A stretch of DNA of 64,000 nucleotides from Epiperipatus broadwayi (taxonomy: Eukaryota; Animalia; Onychophora). The stretch covers positions 14,942,001-15,006,000 of the forward strand of contig JAQFVV010000007.1 in NCBI GenBank assembly GCA_028023455.1, in the 5' to 3' direction. Under the pieces are notes generated by a model. The model was not told the origin of the DNA. It made no database searches and saw nothing but the letters and a program-made list of their open reading frames with translations. Both the position numbers and the translations under genes were made by a program. Every line of letters begins with the position of its first letter. The stretch's first letter is position 1. Of the stretch, positions 51,800 to 63,719 are shown piece after piece.

Positions 51800-53200
51800 T
51801 AAGGAATTTATCTTTAGAGAGAGAGAGAGAGTAAAAACAGTACCGCAAAAGTACATTATAAAACCAATCAATACATTCTTCAGTTTGTTGTATATGATCC
51901 CATCGAGTCAATTATTGTAAAATCCATCTTCATTACATTGCATACATAAAACGATTGAACATTGCATGATTTTCTAGAATAATTTATTGTTGGAGAACCT
52001 GAGCAGGTTTTTCTTATGACGGGCAGACTCTATTCACGTTCATAAGGAGTATCTCAAAGATATTTTTGAAAACGTGCAATGCTGATTGTTTTCATTGGCA
52101 AAATATGGTTGAGAATAGAATACATTGAAATGGTACAAATAGATGTGGCGTTGAAATATTTTAAAAAGAATAGTTTTCTGCAAAAGTTAAAAGGCAACAA
52201 TGCAAAATGTTAGATAACTAGGACAATTGACCAACGGATTCAGTATGTGGACGTATTTATGTTTCACATATTGGTTTATATAGTTTGCAAATCTTATTTC
52301 TACCGAATTACGTTATCATTATTTGTTTGGTTATGTATTTATCTCTTGGCGTTGAAATAATTGGGCTTGTATACAAGTGCTTGCTGATGATGATAATGAT
52401 ATATACCGTATATTTATTTGTATTGTCATCATATCCTGCGCGGTTTGGCTTAGTTAGTAGAGCTCCGATTTGAAATCCCGATCAATAAAGCCCTTAGAAT
52501 TTATGTATTAGTGTCATCATTAATAAATACTCCTAATCGACAATGGCCTCCCTTATTCTGAGATAAGAGAGAATGAAAAAATAAAGAAAATTAGAAGATG
52601 AGATTTGCCTAGTTATTAAAATCGGCTTATTAATGTAGCAAAATTACTTATATAAACACGTCTGTACAAATTTAAACAAAAAAAAAGACATTTTCATACA
52701 AAAAAAAAAACGTACTTTAAAACTAAAAAAAAAGATTTTAATTTGATATTGATTGCTTTACTGTAAAATTAAAAAATTATAATAAGCATGAATCATTTTT
52801 TAAAATTCGGTCAATAATCTTCTATTCCCACCAGAACAGATAAGTTATTCTGTCACTTTTAACTTTATCCAGATTAGTATTTTCAGACTTTTTCGTTGCT
52901 ATAAGAAATATGTATTTAGTTTTGAAATGGCATGCAAATTACATTAATAATGACTTTTGTATGTGTGTTTATATATCAAGTTTATTATTATATGTAAATT
53001 GTTCTTACTGTTCAAAACTAATCAAATAAGAAAATATATCATTTGACATATAAAATAAAAATAGTCGAATGTCTTTATTACTCAGGAATTAATAGAAAGT
53101 TTGAACGTCGGAAGTGACGGATTTAGACGATGGTCCATAGACCTTGACTTTCAGAGACTTCCCCACTAACATGGCACCAAAACATATAATAAGTACAGAA
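51800..53200. promoter_or_regulatory. CpG-retaining promoter-like region
   Basis: Retained CpGs; ETS-like CGGAAGTG at ~53109; AACATGGC (YY1-like, or an ATG in good context) at ~53168. Confidence 0.4.
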
Positions 53201-54163
53201 AGAAATAATAAGACCATCTTAAAGCCTACTTATATTCATTCAAATTCACTTTCGACATAAAAATAAATATCATAGGTTAGAAGCTTAATGGGTCATATGA
53301 TGTTCAGGCATCAAGAATCAGAATGAATGTGTCAATTCCACTCAATTGGCCAGACTAACATTTGTTTTTGTTTTTTATTAAGTAAAGAATCTATTCAGAA
53401 ATCATTAATTGTTGAGTCTAATGTTGTCTTAAGCAAAGTTCAGAATGCAGGCAGCATGGATAATAAGTAATAAAGGATAATGATAAATCATAAATTCGAT
53501 TTGTAATCACAGTTGGCAGTCAGTCATACTGTTTTTGATATGAACAGTCTTTTATAATGTTTATATATATATATATAAAATACATATTTTGCGGGTTATA
53601 TATATATATATATATATATATATGTTAATCAATACTTATTGCTTTTAACAGGTTGACTAAGATCACAAACAACCAAATCATCAATAACAGTTTTATATGT
53701 TCATTTTTCATCATAGGTTTTTTAAAAATGTTATTCTTGTTTTTTTAATAGTTTGTATAACAATCACAATGATGCTGCTTGTTCTGAAGAAAGTTTTTTC
53801 CGCTTGTAAATTTCTAGATAAACACTTACCCACTAATATCAAATGCCAAAATTGATTAAATGATCAGCTACCTTAAAAGTAGCAGTAGTCTGAAAATATT
53901 TTAACTATCTAAAAACATGTTAAACTTTATTTTACTTTTAAACCCATATAATGGGTGTAGAAATCTTAATATTTTAATCATTCCACAGTAGAATGTATGA
54001 CTTGAATCTTATTTAAATTGGGCAGTGTTCTGTATATTTTGCTACTGGAAGTCCCAAACCAGGTTTGGTTAATTGAGTTTATAAATTTCCAGATGAATTC
54101 TATTTGGATTTATTATTCATAATAACAGTAATTATCCCATTGTTTTAATATGAATTTTAATAA

Positions 54164-55210
54164 ATGTCATTGATAAATTTCTTTATAATTATAACTGCTA
54201 AAACATTATATCATAAATGTAATGCAAAAGTTTGCAATTTTGTTTTCTCTACATATGAGAGTAGTATTTTAAATATGTGTTCTTTTAAAGATATTAAAAT
54301 TTACAAAAGATATGTGGATAGTGTTCTTGTTTGCAGAAATAACAATATTATAAATTTGCTTGTAGATGAGTTAAATAATTTGAATAATTTGAAATGGATT
54401 ATTGAAAGGGAAAAGAACAAAAGTATTAAGTATTTGGATTTAATTATCACAAGAGACAATAGTATGTTAAGTTATAAATTAATAATTAGACCATTGCAAA
54501 AAGGGGGATATATAAATTGTAAATCAAAACTATCAATTATGCCTAAGATGGCAAGTTTTAGATTATTTTTGTTTTATAATGAAGAAATATGTCATTACCA
54601 GTGTGATAAATTAAAAAATATTCTATTTACCAAGGAATTGCTTGAAGTTGTTATAAGATTGAACACATTGACAATATGTTATCTCAATTTAAAAAGAGTT
54701 ATAATGGTTTAAAGGAGTTGAAGATTGATAACAAAAAATGATATATTCCAAATGCTCAAGTAAATTTTTTAAGGATAAATATAAGAATGTGTTTAATGTT
54801 TCATTTTGTATTACAAATAATGTTAATAAATTAGTGAATATTTTTAAAAATGCCATATCTGTCAAGCAGAAAAATAAGCTTGTATATCAATTTATTTGTG
54901 GATGAATGTTATCATATATAGATGAATTGAGGTGCAGTATTAAAAAAAGATTAAAGAAGCATGATACAAGTGTATACAAAAATAAAAATAATAATGATTT
55001 AATGATTGCTTCAGTTTTCTTAGATCATGAAAGGACATGTAAATCTAAATTTAAGTTTGGTATTGAAAGTGTTAAGATTCTTCATGAAGAGAGAAACCAT
55101 AATAAAAGAAAAATTAAGGAGGAAATTTTAATAAATAGAAATAAAATGAATATAATTAATAGGCAGGCTACTACCATTAAAATTTGTGATTTATGGAATT
55201 TGAATTGATC
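54164..55210 (+). mobile_element. Penelope-like element remnant (RT C-terminal half plus GIY-YIG)
   Basis: KIYKRYVDSV...LNNLKWIIEREKNKSIKYLDLII (RYVDD-like, F.D motifs) followed by LVYQFICG..LSYIDE...KRLKKH...KRKIKEEILI. Confidence 0.85.
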
Positions 55211-55364
55211 ATGTTTGCTTCCATTGTGTTTTTAAATTTAAGAGCAGTTGAGACAGGTTAAGGAATTAACCAAAAATACTTCTTCAGATTGAAAGACTGT
55301 ATATAATAATTAATTACCATTATATTTATTATTTTTATTGTTATATATAAATAACACATTTTTC

Positions 55365-55560
55365 AAGTTCATCCATGTATGGTTTTTATTATCAATATAC
55401 TGACATTTTGACATGATTACACAAACCATCAACTAGGTGATGAATAGAATACTATAAAAATGATTGTAGAGATATTGCACATATGGATTTATAACAGTGT
55501 TAAAGTTACACCAATAGAAAAATATATCATTTCTATCTGTAACCCATGAAAATCTTCATA
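55365..55560 (-). mobile_element. Third copy of the 28.9/30.0-kb PLE pseudo-LTR, with a hammerhead-like motif at 55398-55439
   Basis: catccatgt...atcaatatactgacattttgacatgattacacaaaccatcaactaggtgat...gttaaagttacaccaatag is homologous to 28920-29062. Confidence 0.75.
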
Positions 55561-55870
55561 AAACATATTCATTGAAATATTTTTAAGAACATGAAAATAT
55601 TGGTTATATTTTTATCGAAGAAAAATCATAGTCATATGCTGTAGACAGTGGCCAATGAAAACTGTAAGCTCTTTTGCATCTAAAAGAGAAACCTCTTTTA
55701 AATAAATTCATTTGTTATTTATTTAAAAGAAGATCCCCTTTTAGCTGCAAAAAGTGTTTAAGGTTTTATTTGGTCACTGCTTCTATCATGTGACTATGAT
55801 TTTTCTTTAATAAAATAGAATAGATGTTTCCATGTTCTTAAAAAATATTTCAACAATAACATCTATTAAA
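55560..55870. repeat. Imperfect foldback
   Basis: gaaatatttttaagaacatg / catgttcttaaaaaatatttc and aaaatcatagtca / tgactatgatttt. Confidence 0.75.
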
Positions 55871-55920
55871 AATTATATATTTATATGAATTCATACTATT
55901 ATTTCTTGGAGTTTCTGTGT

Positions 55921-56110
55921 AGTAAAAATACAATAGTTAAATAACTGACATTTCAGTACAATAACAAGTACTTTCCTCAGAGCTTCTTTTTCACATCATA
56001 AAAATGTGTGTGGTGAGACTTAACAATTTTTTTAATTGTTATTTTCTCTTCATTCTCTGAGGAAAGTATTTATTATTGTACTGAAACATCAGCTATTATA
56101 TATTTTTACT
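55921..56110. repeat. Imperfect foldback, with a single arm also at ~58315-58370
   Basis: tttcagtacaataacaagtactttcctcagag / ctctgaggaaagtatttattattgtactgaaa. Confidence 0.8.
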
Positions 56111-56244
56111 ATGTGGAAGGTCTCAGAAATAATATGAAATCATTATTTATCCAAAAGAATATATATATAATATTAATCAATGTCTGTATTCTTTTAAATT
56201 ATATATAATTTAATATTCAAATAATAAAACAAATACAGTAATAT

Positions 56245-56480
56245 AAATTGAAACTTTTAATTCATATAGGAGCACTTTCAGCTATCTAAATAGTCTTTGT
56301 CAACTAAGATTAAAACTTTTAAAGTCAAATATATAAGGTATGTTCAAAAACAATTTCCATATTACTATATATAATGATATTGTCTTTGATCCTACCTTAT
56401 ACATTTGATTTTAACCTTAGTTGACAAAAACTACTTAGACAGTTTAAAGAACTTCTATATGGATTAAAAGTTTGAATTTA
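56245..56480. repeat. Imperfect foldback
   Basis: tctaaatagtctttgtcaactaag / cttagttgacaaaaactacttaga. Confidence 0.7.
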
Positions 56481-57090
56481 TATTACTGTAATTGTTTTAT
56501 TCTTTGAATATAAAAAAAATTACAAGAATATATAGACAATTACCAACTATTAAGGTAATAAATTTTTAGCACAAAACAATATTTCTTACTTTGATGAGTG
56601 AGACTTTTGATACAACATATTTTTATATATACACACACACACACACTGTTTAAGTAAATTTCACCCTTAACAAATTTAAGTAATATTTCATGTTATATGT
56701 TTTTAATGTTAAATACTGAAGTGAATTTAAGAATATGTAAAGTTATTAAAATTAATACTTAATGAATGTGTTTTGAGAATATTATGTTGAGACACTTATA
56801 ATAATAGTATTTTTATATTGGACTATTTTCATCATCTAATATGAGTATTGAATGTCTTTAAAAAAATTTAACTTTATTTAAATATTCCAAATACATTCAA
56901 CTGTTAGTAATAGCACATTAAATAGGTTAGTAAAATACGACTAAACACCATCATCACAAACCATCAAAAAAAAACACTTATAATAATACTTTATTTAGAT
57001 CAACAATAAGTAAAAATTCATTTTTGCAGTTAATAATATTTAAATTTGTTTCCCTTATAAGTTAAAGCACTATCATGATAACCATTATTT

Positions 57091-57390
57091 ATGCTGATAG
57101 AGGCAAAATTTGTCATACAGTAACACCACTCAGTGCAAGTCATAGTAATGAATGGATGCAGGAAATTTTGTGCATAAAACCTCTAGCTTGTGCATTAGAT
57201 TCTAATATCTATGTGCAGTGTACTCAGATCCAAGACTTCTCACTGATGAAAGCCACAAGCTGGAAACTAGTGGTGTTATTGGATGAGTAGGCACAGATAG
57301 GGATTTTATGCACAAACCTTCCTTTATTCAGTGATTACTATGACTTGCACTGAATGGCACTATTGCATGGAGAGTTTTGCTTCTGTGTTC
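57091..57390. repeat. Foldback with a family-2 hammerhead in the loop (57229-57283, +)
   Basis: cagtgcaagtcatagtaat / attactatgacttgcactg. The loop holds ttctca-CTGATGA-AAGC cacaa GCTG-GAAA-CTAGT-G. Confidence 0.75.
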
Positions 57391-59044
57391 CTTACAAGTT
57401 TGTGGAACATTAGACAGTGAGTGATTCATTTTGTTTGACTGATGGTTAGATATACAAATTTCTGTGGCTCTTATAAATTAAATATGGATGTCTGTTATAA
57501 ATAAATACAGGCAGCCTCATATAATATGGCATTCCTACAACACATTCTCACTCTAACATGGTTTGAGAATTAGGAAAATCCTCCTATAACATGTCATTTC
57601 TACAACATTGTTTTCACCTAGAATGGTTCATGAGTTGGAGAAACTCTGTCTATAAACACAGTACCCATACAAGTTTTGACAATTAGAGAAATCCCTGTAT
57701 AGCAAAGAATGTGATGAAAGTTTTTAAGAGGCAATACTATTTTTGTCAATATTTGTCATTTGAGTGTGAGCACCATAGCAGATTACATACAGAATTTTAG
57801 AAATTATTGGAATTTTAAATTCATTTTCTTCATGGAAAATTAATTCTTTAAGATTTTCATTATTTTCTTCTATTTACTATATAGATTAAAAATTTTCTGG
57901 TATGTATTATTAATATGTAATATTTTTTATCAATTATTGTTTTAATAAATATATTTCTTTTAGTTACAAAATGCAAATAGTATTTTTTTTAAACTTTTGA
58001 GCCGAATCTGTTTTTTCTATTAGTTCTTTGTGTCATATAACATGAATTTGCATATCACTGCCTTTTTTAGGGTTCCCTGTACTAAATTATTGTAGTGAAT
58101 ATGTGTGGTCAAGGATCTGTGATAGCAGCTAATGGAAGGGTCTGCTAGAAATGCATTTTGGAAATTATTTGCTTTTAACATGTGTCTTTATCCATGTTTT
58201 AGGAAGTGTGTTGAATTTATATGTTTCATTACAATTATATATATTCTAATATTCTCACAGACAAAAACATGAATTCATAGTATTTCCAGGAACTTCCATT
58301 AATAAAAATATATAGCTAACATTTAAGTACAATTACAAGTATTTCCCTCAGAGCTCCTTCTTTTTCAAATCATATATATATATATATGTTGAGTTTTTAT
58401 ATGAAAAAATAGTCAACTGACCTAACTGAATCAATTATATACATGATTACCAGAAATGATACTTTTTCAATATTTGGCAACACTGCCATTCTAAATGTGT
58501 CATATTATAAAATTGTATATTGCAAAATAAAGAAAACAATATTTAATAATATGATTAAACAAACAAACAATATAGATAATATAATTATTAGAAGTAAAAA
58601 TTAGATAAGTTATTATAAGTGTATGTTTTTAAAAAAAAGATATATGCATGCTAATAAAATTATAAAATTAGCTCTAGCAGAATATGAACCTCTATTTTCT
58701 ATCAGGATAATATAATGATTTAGCTAAATGCCAATTTTACTATTCGATAATTGGACGACTGCTTGGGATAATGAGAGATTACCCATAGAAAAAACTTAAG
58801 TTTGCTAAAAATCTTCAGCTAACTAGAAACAATTTGCAAGTTTTGTACACTTTCAATACATATAATTTCTAACAAATACATATATATATATTAATTTAAA
58901 AATTAATTCAATAGCCCTACATGATTTAATATGATGAAAAAGAAACGGAGTTTGAAATTCAAGTTTTATGAATCGCAGCTGTACTTCTTAAATCTATAAA
59001 ATATCTCCAGTTTGCAGTAGATCCTAAAAGTCCATATGTAGTGT

Positions 59045-59107
59045 TCCAAGATTAAAACTCATCACTGATGAAAGTCATAAACTTGAAACTAATCTGGGGA
59101 TTTTGGA
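59045..59107 (+). ncRNA. Type I hammerhead (family 2), the best-preserved copy
   Basis: tccaag...catca-CTGATGA-AAGT cataa ACTT-GAAA-CTAA-TC-tgggg...ttgga. The core is intact, stem II is 4 bp and stem III has one mismatch. Confidence 0.65.
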
Positions 59108-59299
59108 TAGGATAACACAGGATAGGGATTTGTGACGCCTTGCCATCTGCAATCTGTTGTTGCTAAAGCTGACAGTAGGTGGCATAGTAGTGGTGAAAGA
59201 AAAATGTATGCTCCATTCCTTAATTTCTAGTGTTTAATTTTTTTTTTTATCATCTCACAAATAATAAACCATTTGTTTCTTTATTTTATCGTAAATTAT

Positions 59300-60060
59300 G
59301 GTGTAATCATGTGATAACATACAAAATATTATCATATTGGTGATCAAGAAATAAAATATTTGAAAACAAGCAAGTAAAATCAAAAAATATATATTTCAGC
59401 CACAATTATCGTGCGCGTGTGTGTTGAAAAAATAGAAGCTTGTGGTTGGACAGAGAAACTCATTAAAAGAAGATCCTTTACTAATAAAACTAAGTTACTG
59501 AAGACAATAAAATAAACATAAATGAGAAAGTATAAATATGATTTTTAAAAAAGTGTAACCTCAAAGATAATACCAAATAAACGCACACGCATATTAATTA
59601 ATAAACGTATTTAATTAATTAAAAAGAATATGTAATTAATTAAAAGTAATTACATAAATAGCATACACAAATATGTAATTAACTATAGAGCATTTTAAAT
59701 TTGAAACCATTAAAAAATTTAAATATATATATAACGCATAACTTTGCATACCAATTTAAATTGCAAAAATGACAAAAAAAATTTGAATAATCTATAAAAA
59801 AGACAAAAAGATTAAAATGATGTAATGGGTTATAACCTCCATTAGTCAGAAGAAAAGTTACGAAGACGAAAAGAAAAATAGTAATTTTAAATAAGAAATT
59901 GATTATAGATAAATCATATTTAGGCTGAACAATGTGATTAGGCTCACAGATCAATAACTGATAAATTTGTGATTATATTTAAATAGATGTACAGTATATA
60001 TACACATGTGCGATACACGGTATACTGTATGAGTTACTATAATTAAAAACTACGCTATTG
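59300..60060. promoter_or_regulatory. CpG-retaining patch
   Basis: atcgtgcgcgtg, aacgcacacgca, ttacgaagacg and tgcgatacacgg in a CpG-poor background. Confidence 0.3.
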
Positions 60061-60269
60061 ATTTTATTTTTGCATTTTAAAAAGTAGCATAATTTACCAT
60101 GAACATTAATTAATGACTACTCTTGCATCTAGAATTTTTTCTTTTATATTAGAACTTTTTTTTTTTTTATTATAGTATGTTATGTAAAATATATATATAT
60201 TTTAATTATAATTTTTAAATTTGCTGTAATCAAATTTAAAATGTTTTATATCCATATTTAAACAATTTG

Positions 60270-62190
60270 ATGCAATAGTGCTATATGCAATGGAGGTCAG
60301 GGACTATGAATCATAGGCCATATGGTCATTTGCTGAATTCGAATTTCTTGCGATCTCTTAAACCCATTCAGTTATTTTAATCCTGCATAGTTTGGCACAT
60401 AGAATGGCAAACTCAAAGTCTGTGGATCACACCACAGATCTGTCACCTCTGATGTTTGAACTTCTGATTTATAAACCATCTAGTTACTATATTCTTTCTG
60501 AGTTTCCAGCATTCTTTGCAACTGGCAGACTCTGGAGCTCAAGGTCCATGGATCACAACCCAGCTCTATCACTTCTGATGCCTGAATTTTTTATGAACTC
60601 CTGAATAATATATCATTCAATTATTATGCTCTTTCTGAGTTCCCAGCATGCTTTGCTGCAGTGATAGAATGGCAAGCTCTGGAGCTCAACATCTGTGGAT
60701 GAGAGCTCAGCTCTGCCACTTCTTCTGCTTGAAGTTTTTATGAACTCCTGAGTAATAAACCATTCAATTACTATATTCTGCCTGAATTACCAGCATGCAT
60801 TTCTGGAGTGATAGAATAGCAGATTGTGGAGCTTAAGGACTATGGATCACTGCCCAGCTTTTTCATTTCTGATTCTTGAACTTCTTATGAATTCTTGAAG
60901 AATAAACCCTTCAATTACTACAGTCTACTAAGTTTCCAGCATGCTTCACTGCAGTGATAGAGTGACAGACACTAGAACTCAAGGTCCATGGATCACTGCC
61001 TAGTTCTGTTACTTCTGATCCTTGAACTACTTATGTACTCCTGAATAATAAACCATTCAATTACTACATTCTTTTTGATTTACCAGCATGCTTTGCTGTA
61101 GTGATAGAGTGGCAAACTCTGGGACTCAAGGTCTACTAATGCAGCCAGCTGTGTCACTACTGATGCTTAAACTTCTTATGAACTCCTGAATAATAAAGCA
61201 TTGTTACAATATTCTTTCTAGTTCTTAGCATGCTTTGATTCAGTGGTAGTAACAGACTCTGCACTAGGTCCATGGATCTCAGTCCCATTCTGTAACTTCT
61301 GAACCTTCAGTTTCTTATGAACTTCTGAATAATTAACCATTCAATTACTGTATTCTTTCTAAGTTCCCAGTAAGCTTTAATGCAGAGAAAGATTGGCAGA
61401 CTCTGGAGCTTAAGGTACATGTCTAGCAACTCAGTTCTATTTAATTCCAGTGACCAAACTTCTTATGAACTGCCCAACACTGTGTGTGATTTTATGCACT
61501 GATACAGTGGAAGACTCTGGAGATATAATCATGGATCAAACCCCTACTCTGCCACTTCAGAATTCAGACTTTTTATAAACTTCTTGATTAATAAACTTAT
61601 TTGTTTTCTGTTGATGTGCTTTGTTTTGTGCAGTAATATAATGGGAGACTCTAGAGTTCAAAATCAAGCTTTGTCAATTCCTGTATTCAAATTTCTTATG
61701 ATCTCTCACTTAATAAAGTCATATTTATTATTTTTGCTCATTGTGGTTTGGATCGATGATAGGGTACTCAATTCTGGAATTTAATTTCATGAATCACAAC
61801 CTAGTTTTGTGCTATGGGCATTTAAACCTCTTATGAATTCTCAAGCAATTAAGCCATTTGATTAATACTCATGATGTAAAATGCATGTAAACATCTAAAA
61901 AAACTAATAAATCTAAATTAAAAATGTATAAAGCATCATGGTTTATGGTTTACTGCAGAGATACAGTGACCAATTTGAGTTTGAAAGCTTTCTGAGTAGA
62001 AATTTAACCATCACATTTGATACTTGAACATCACATGGATTTCTAAGCAATTAATCATGTGGGTTTTTTCATGTACAATTTAATACAGGGATAGAGTGGC
62101 TGACTTGGAAAGTAATATCTGGTCAGAGCCTTATCTATTACTTTTACCATTCAAACATTACATGACCCTTTAGCAAATAATCATCTGTTA
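60270..62190. repeat. Tandem array of ~147-bp units (about 12-13 copies, degenerate at both edges)
   Basis: The tggcagactctggagctc anchor occurs at 60404, 60523, 60670, 60817, 60963, 61110, 61250, 61394, 61508 and 61642. Central spacings are 147, 147, 146 and 147. Confidence 0.92.
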
Positions 62191-62459
62191 TGATTTATTG
62201 AAAACATTGAAACTTAAATGCTTTATTTAATGAATAAAAGATAAATTCCAATACTGTATTACTTGGAAAGAACATACTTAAAACATTAAATGTAGTTTTA
62301 ATATATTTTCAGAACTAAACACCTGTATTAAAGATAACCATTATATTTGAAAAATATTACAGCTGCCTTTGATATCTGCACTGAAAATGTTTTAAGATTA
62401 TATTCAATAGGGTCAATATTTTTTCATGTTATCATCATTTTCAATTATTGATTGATTGA

Positions 62460-62860
62460 TTGATTGATTGTGAACCATCTCTCTTCCAAGTTTAATTCAG
62501 TTTCTCCACTCTTTAGCCTCTCATCTCCACATAGCACCAGCAAATAGTCTTATTTTATTCATTCATCTTATATGTAGTTTATTTCTAAATATTTTACACT
62601 TTTTTAAAATCTGGTTTAAATCTTAAATTGCTCTATTATCTTGACTTCTACCAGTATGCCCAGAACTATTCCATTTCAATAATACCTGTTTTATTTCTGA
62701 CTCATATATTTTATTTTTAATCTCTTTTTGTTTTTCCTACTTATCTCCATGTGTTATTTCCTGTTTACCTTCAAAATAATAAACTCATCATTCATATTCT
62801 GTCATTGAATAATGTATTCTAATATATAAACTGATGAAAATAATAGATGAAATAGCATAT
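62460..62860 (-). mobile_element. Decayed RTE LINE 3' fragment
   Basis: Minus strand LLKWNSSGHTGRSQDNRA...FAGAMWR resembles the LKW.WAGH.AR..DNR pattern. Confidence 0.65.
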
Positions 62861-62921
62861 TCTCTTCTCAGCAATCTGTTTCTATTGTTTGTTACCAGGA
62901 AATGGGCTCTTTATTTTTTTA

Positions 62922-62960
62922 TGCCCTGAAGATGCAACTGTTTAGTTGCTCAAGAACTGG
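62922..62960 (+). ncRNA. Degenerate PLE-type hammerhead relic
   Basis: cc-CTGAAGA-T-GCAAC tgttta GTTGC-tcaagaac: core and 5-bp stem II present; the GAAA segment is altered. Confidence 0.35.
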
Positions 62961-63229
62961 AGTGAAGTTTAGAAGAGATAATTACATTTCTGATGCATCT
63001 CTAGATCAAGGTATAAACTGTAAATGAACTCTATATAATTTGTGAAATTATCCATTGTTTTTTATATTATTAGTGCACAGTAAAATGTTTAAAATATTGA
63101 TTTCTGTAACTTCATTATGCATAATAATTAACTGAGGGAAGGTATTGGTCCAGATAAATCAGATGTTGTAATAAGGGACTGAGTGTCAGTGATGTATGAT
63201 AGCAAATACTTAGCTTGCAATTGTTTTTT

Positions 63230-63680
63230 TTTTTTTAAATAATGGCTTGAATTGGATCTGTTGAAGAATTTGATTAAAATTGCTTGGATGTCTGTTCAGT
63301 GTACTTGGAGATAATGTGTTCTTATATGAATATAAATTAACCATGCTCATCAGTCTTGATGGACCAGTGGTTCTCCATGTTCTCATGACAGAGATGGCAC
63401 TGTTAAAGCCATCTAAACTACCTTTGATAAGGCTATAGAACTTCTAACTAACCACTTTATGTCAAAGCCCTTGGTAATAATGCTAAGATATAAATTCATC
63501 CTACACAATTAGGAACCTGGCGAAAAAGCAATTAACTATGTGTCTGAATTGAAAAGAATGGTATTAATCCTTGATTTTGAAAACTTCCCAAAAAAGCACT
63601 GAGAGATAGATTTATAGATGGTGTAAAAGATTATGCATAAAGAACTAATTTATTAATAGACTCCAATACTACATTGATAT
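63230..63680 (+). mobile_element. Ty3/Gypsy gag fragment
   Basis: LRYKFILHN*EPGEKAINYVSELKRMV...ALRDRFIDGVKD matches the retrotransposon gag pattern R.Q.PGE....Y..EL..LA...LRDRF..G..D. Confidence 0.8.
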
Positions 63681-63719
63681 TTCAGAATCCCAGTTGACCT
63701 TAATAAAAATGCAATATAA

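Noticed and set aside
60270-62190. CRISPR-like array
   Set aside because: The whole unit is homologous between copies with no unique spacers, the context is eukaryotic, and there are no cas genes.
62832-62860. CTGATGA...GAAA hammerhead candidate
   Set aside because: There is no stem II, and it lies within the RTE fragment.
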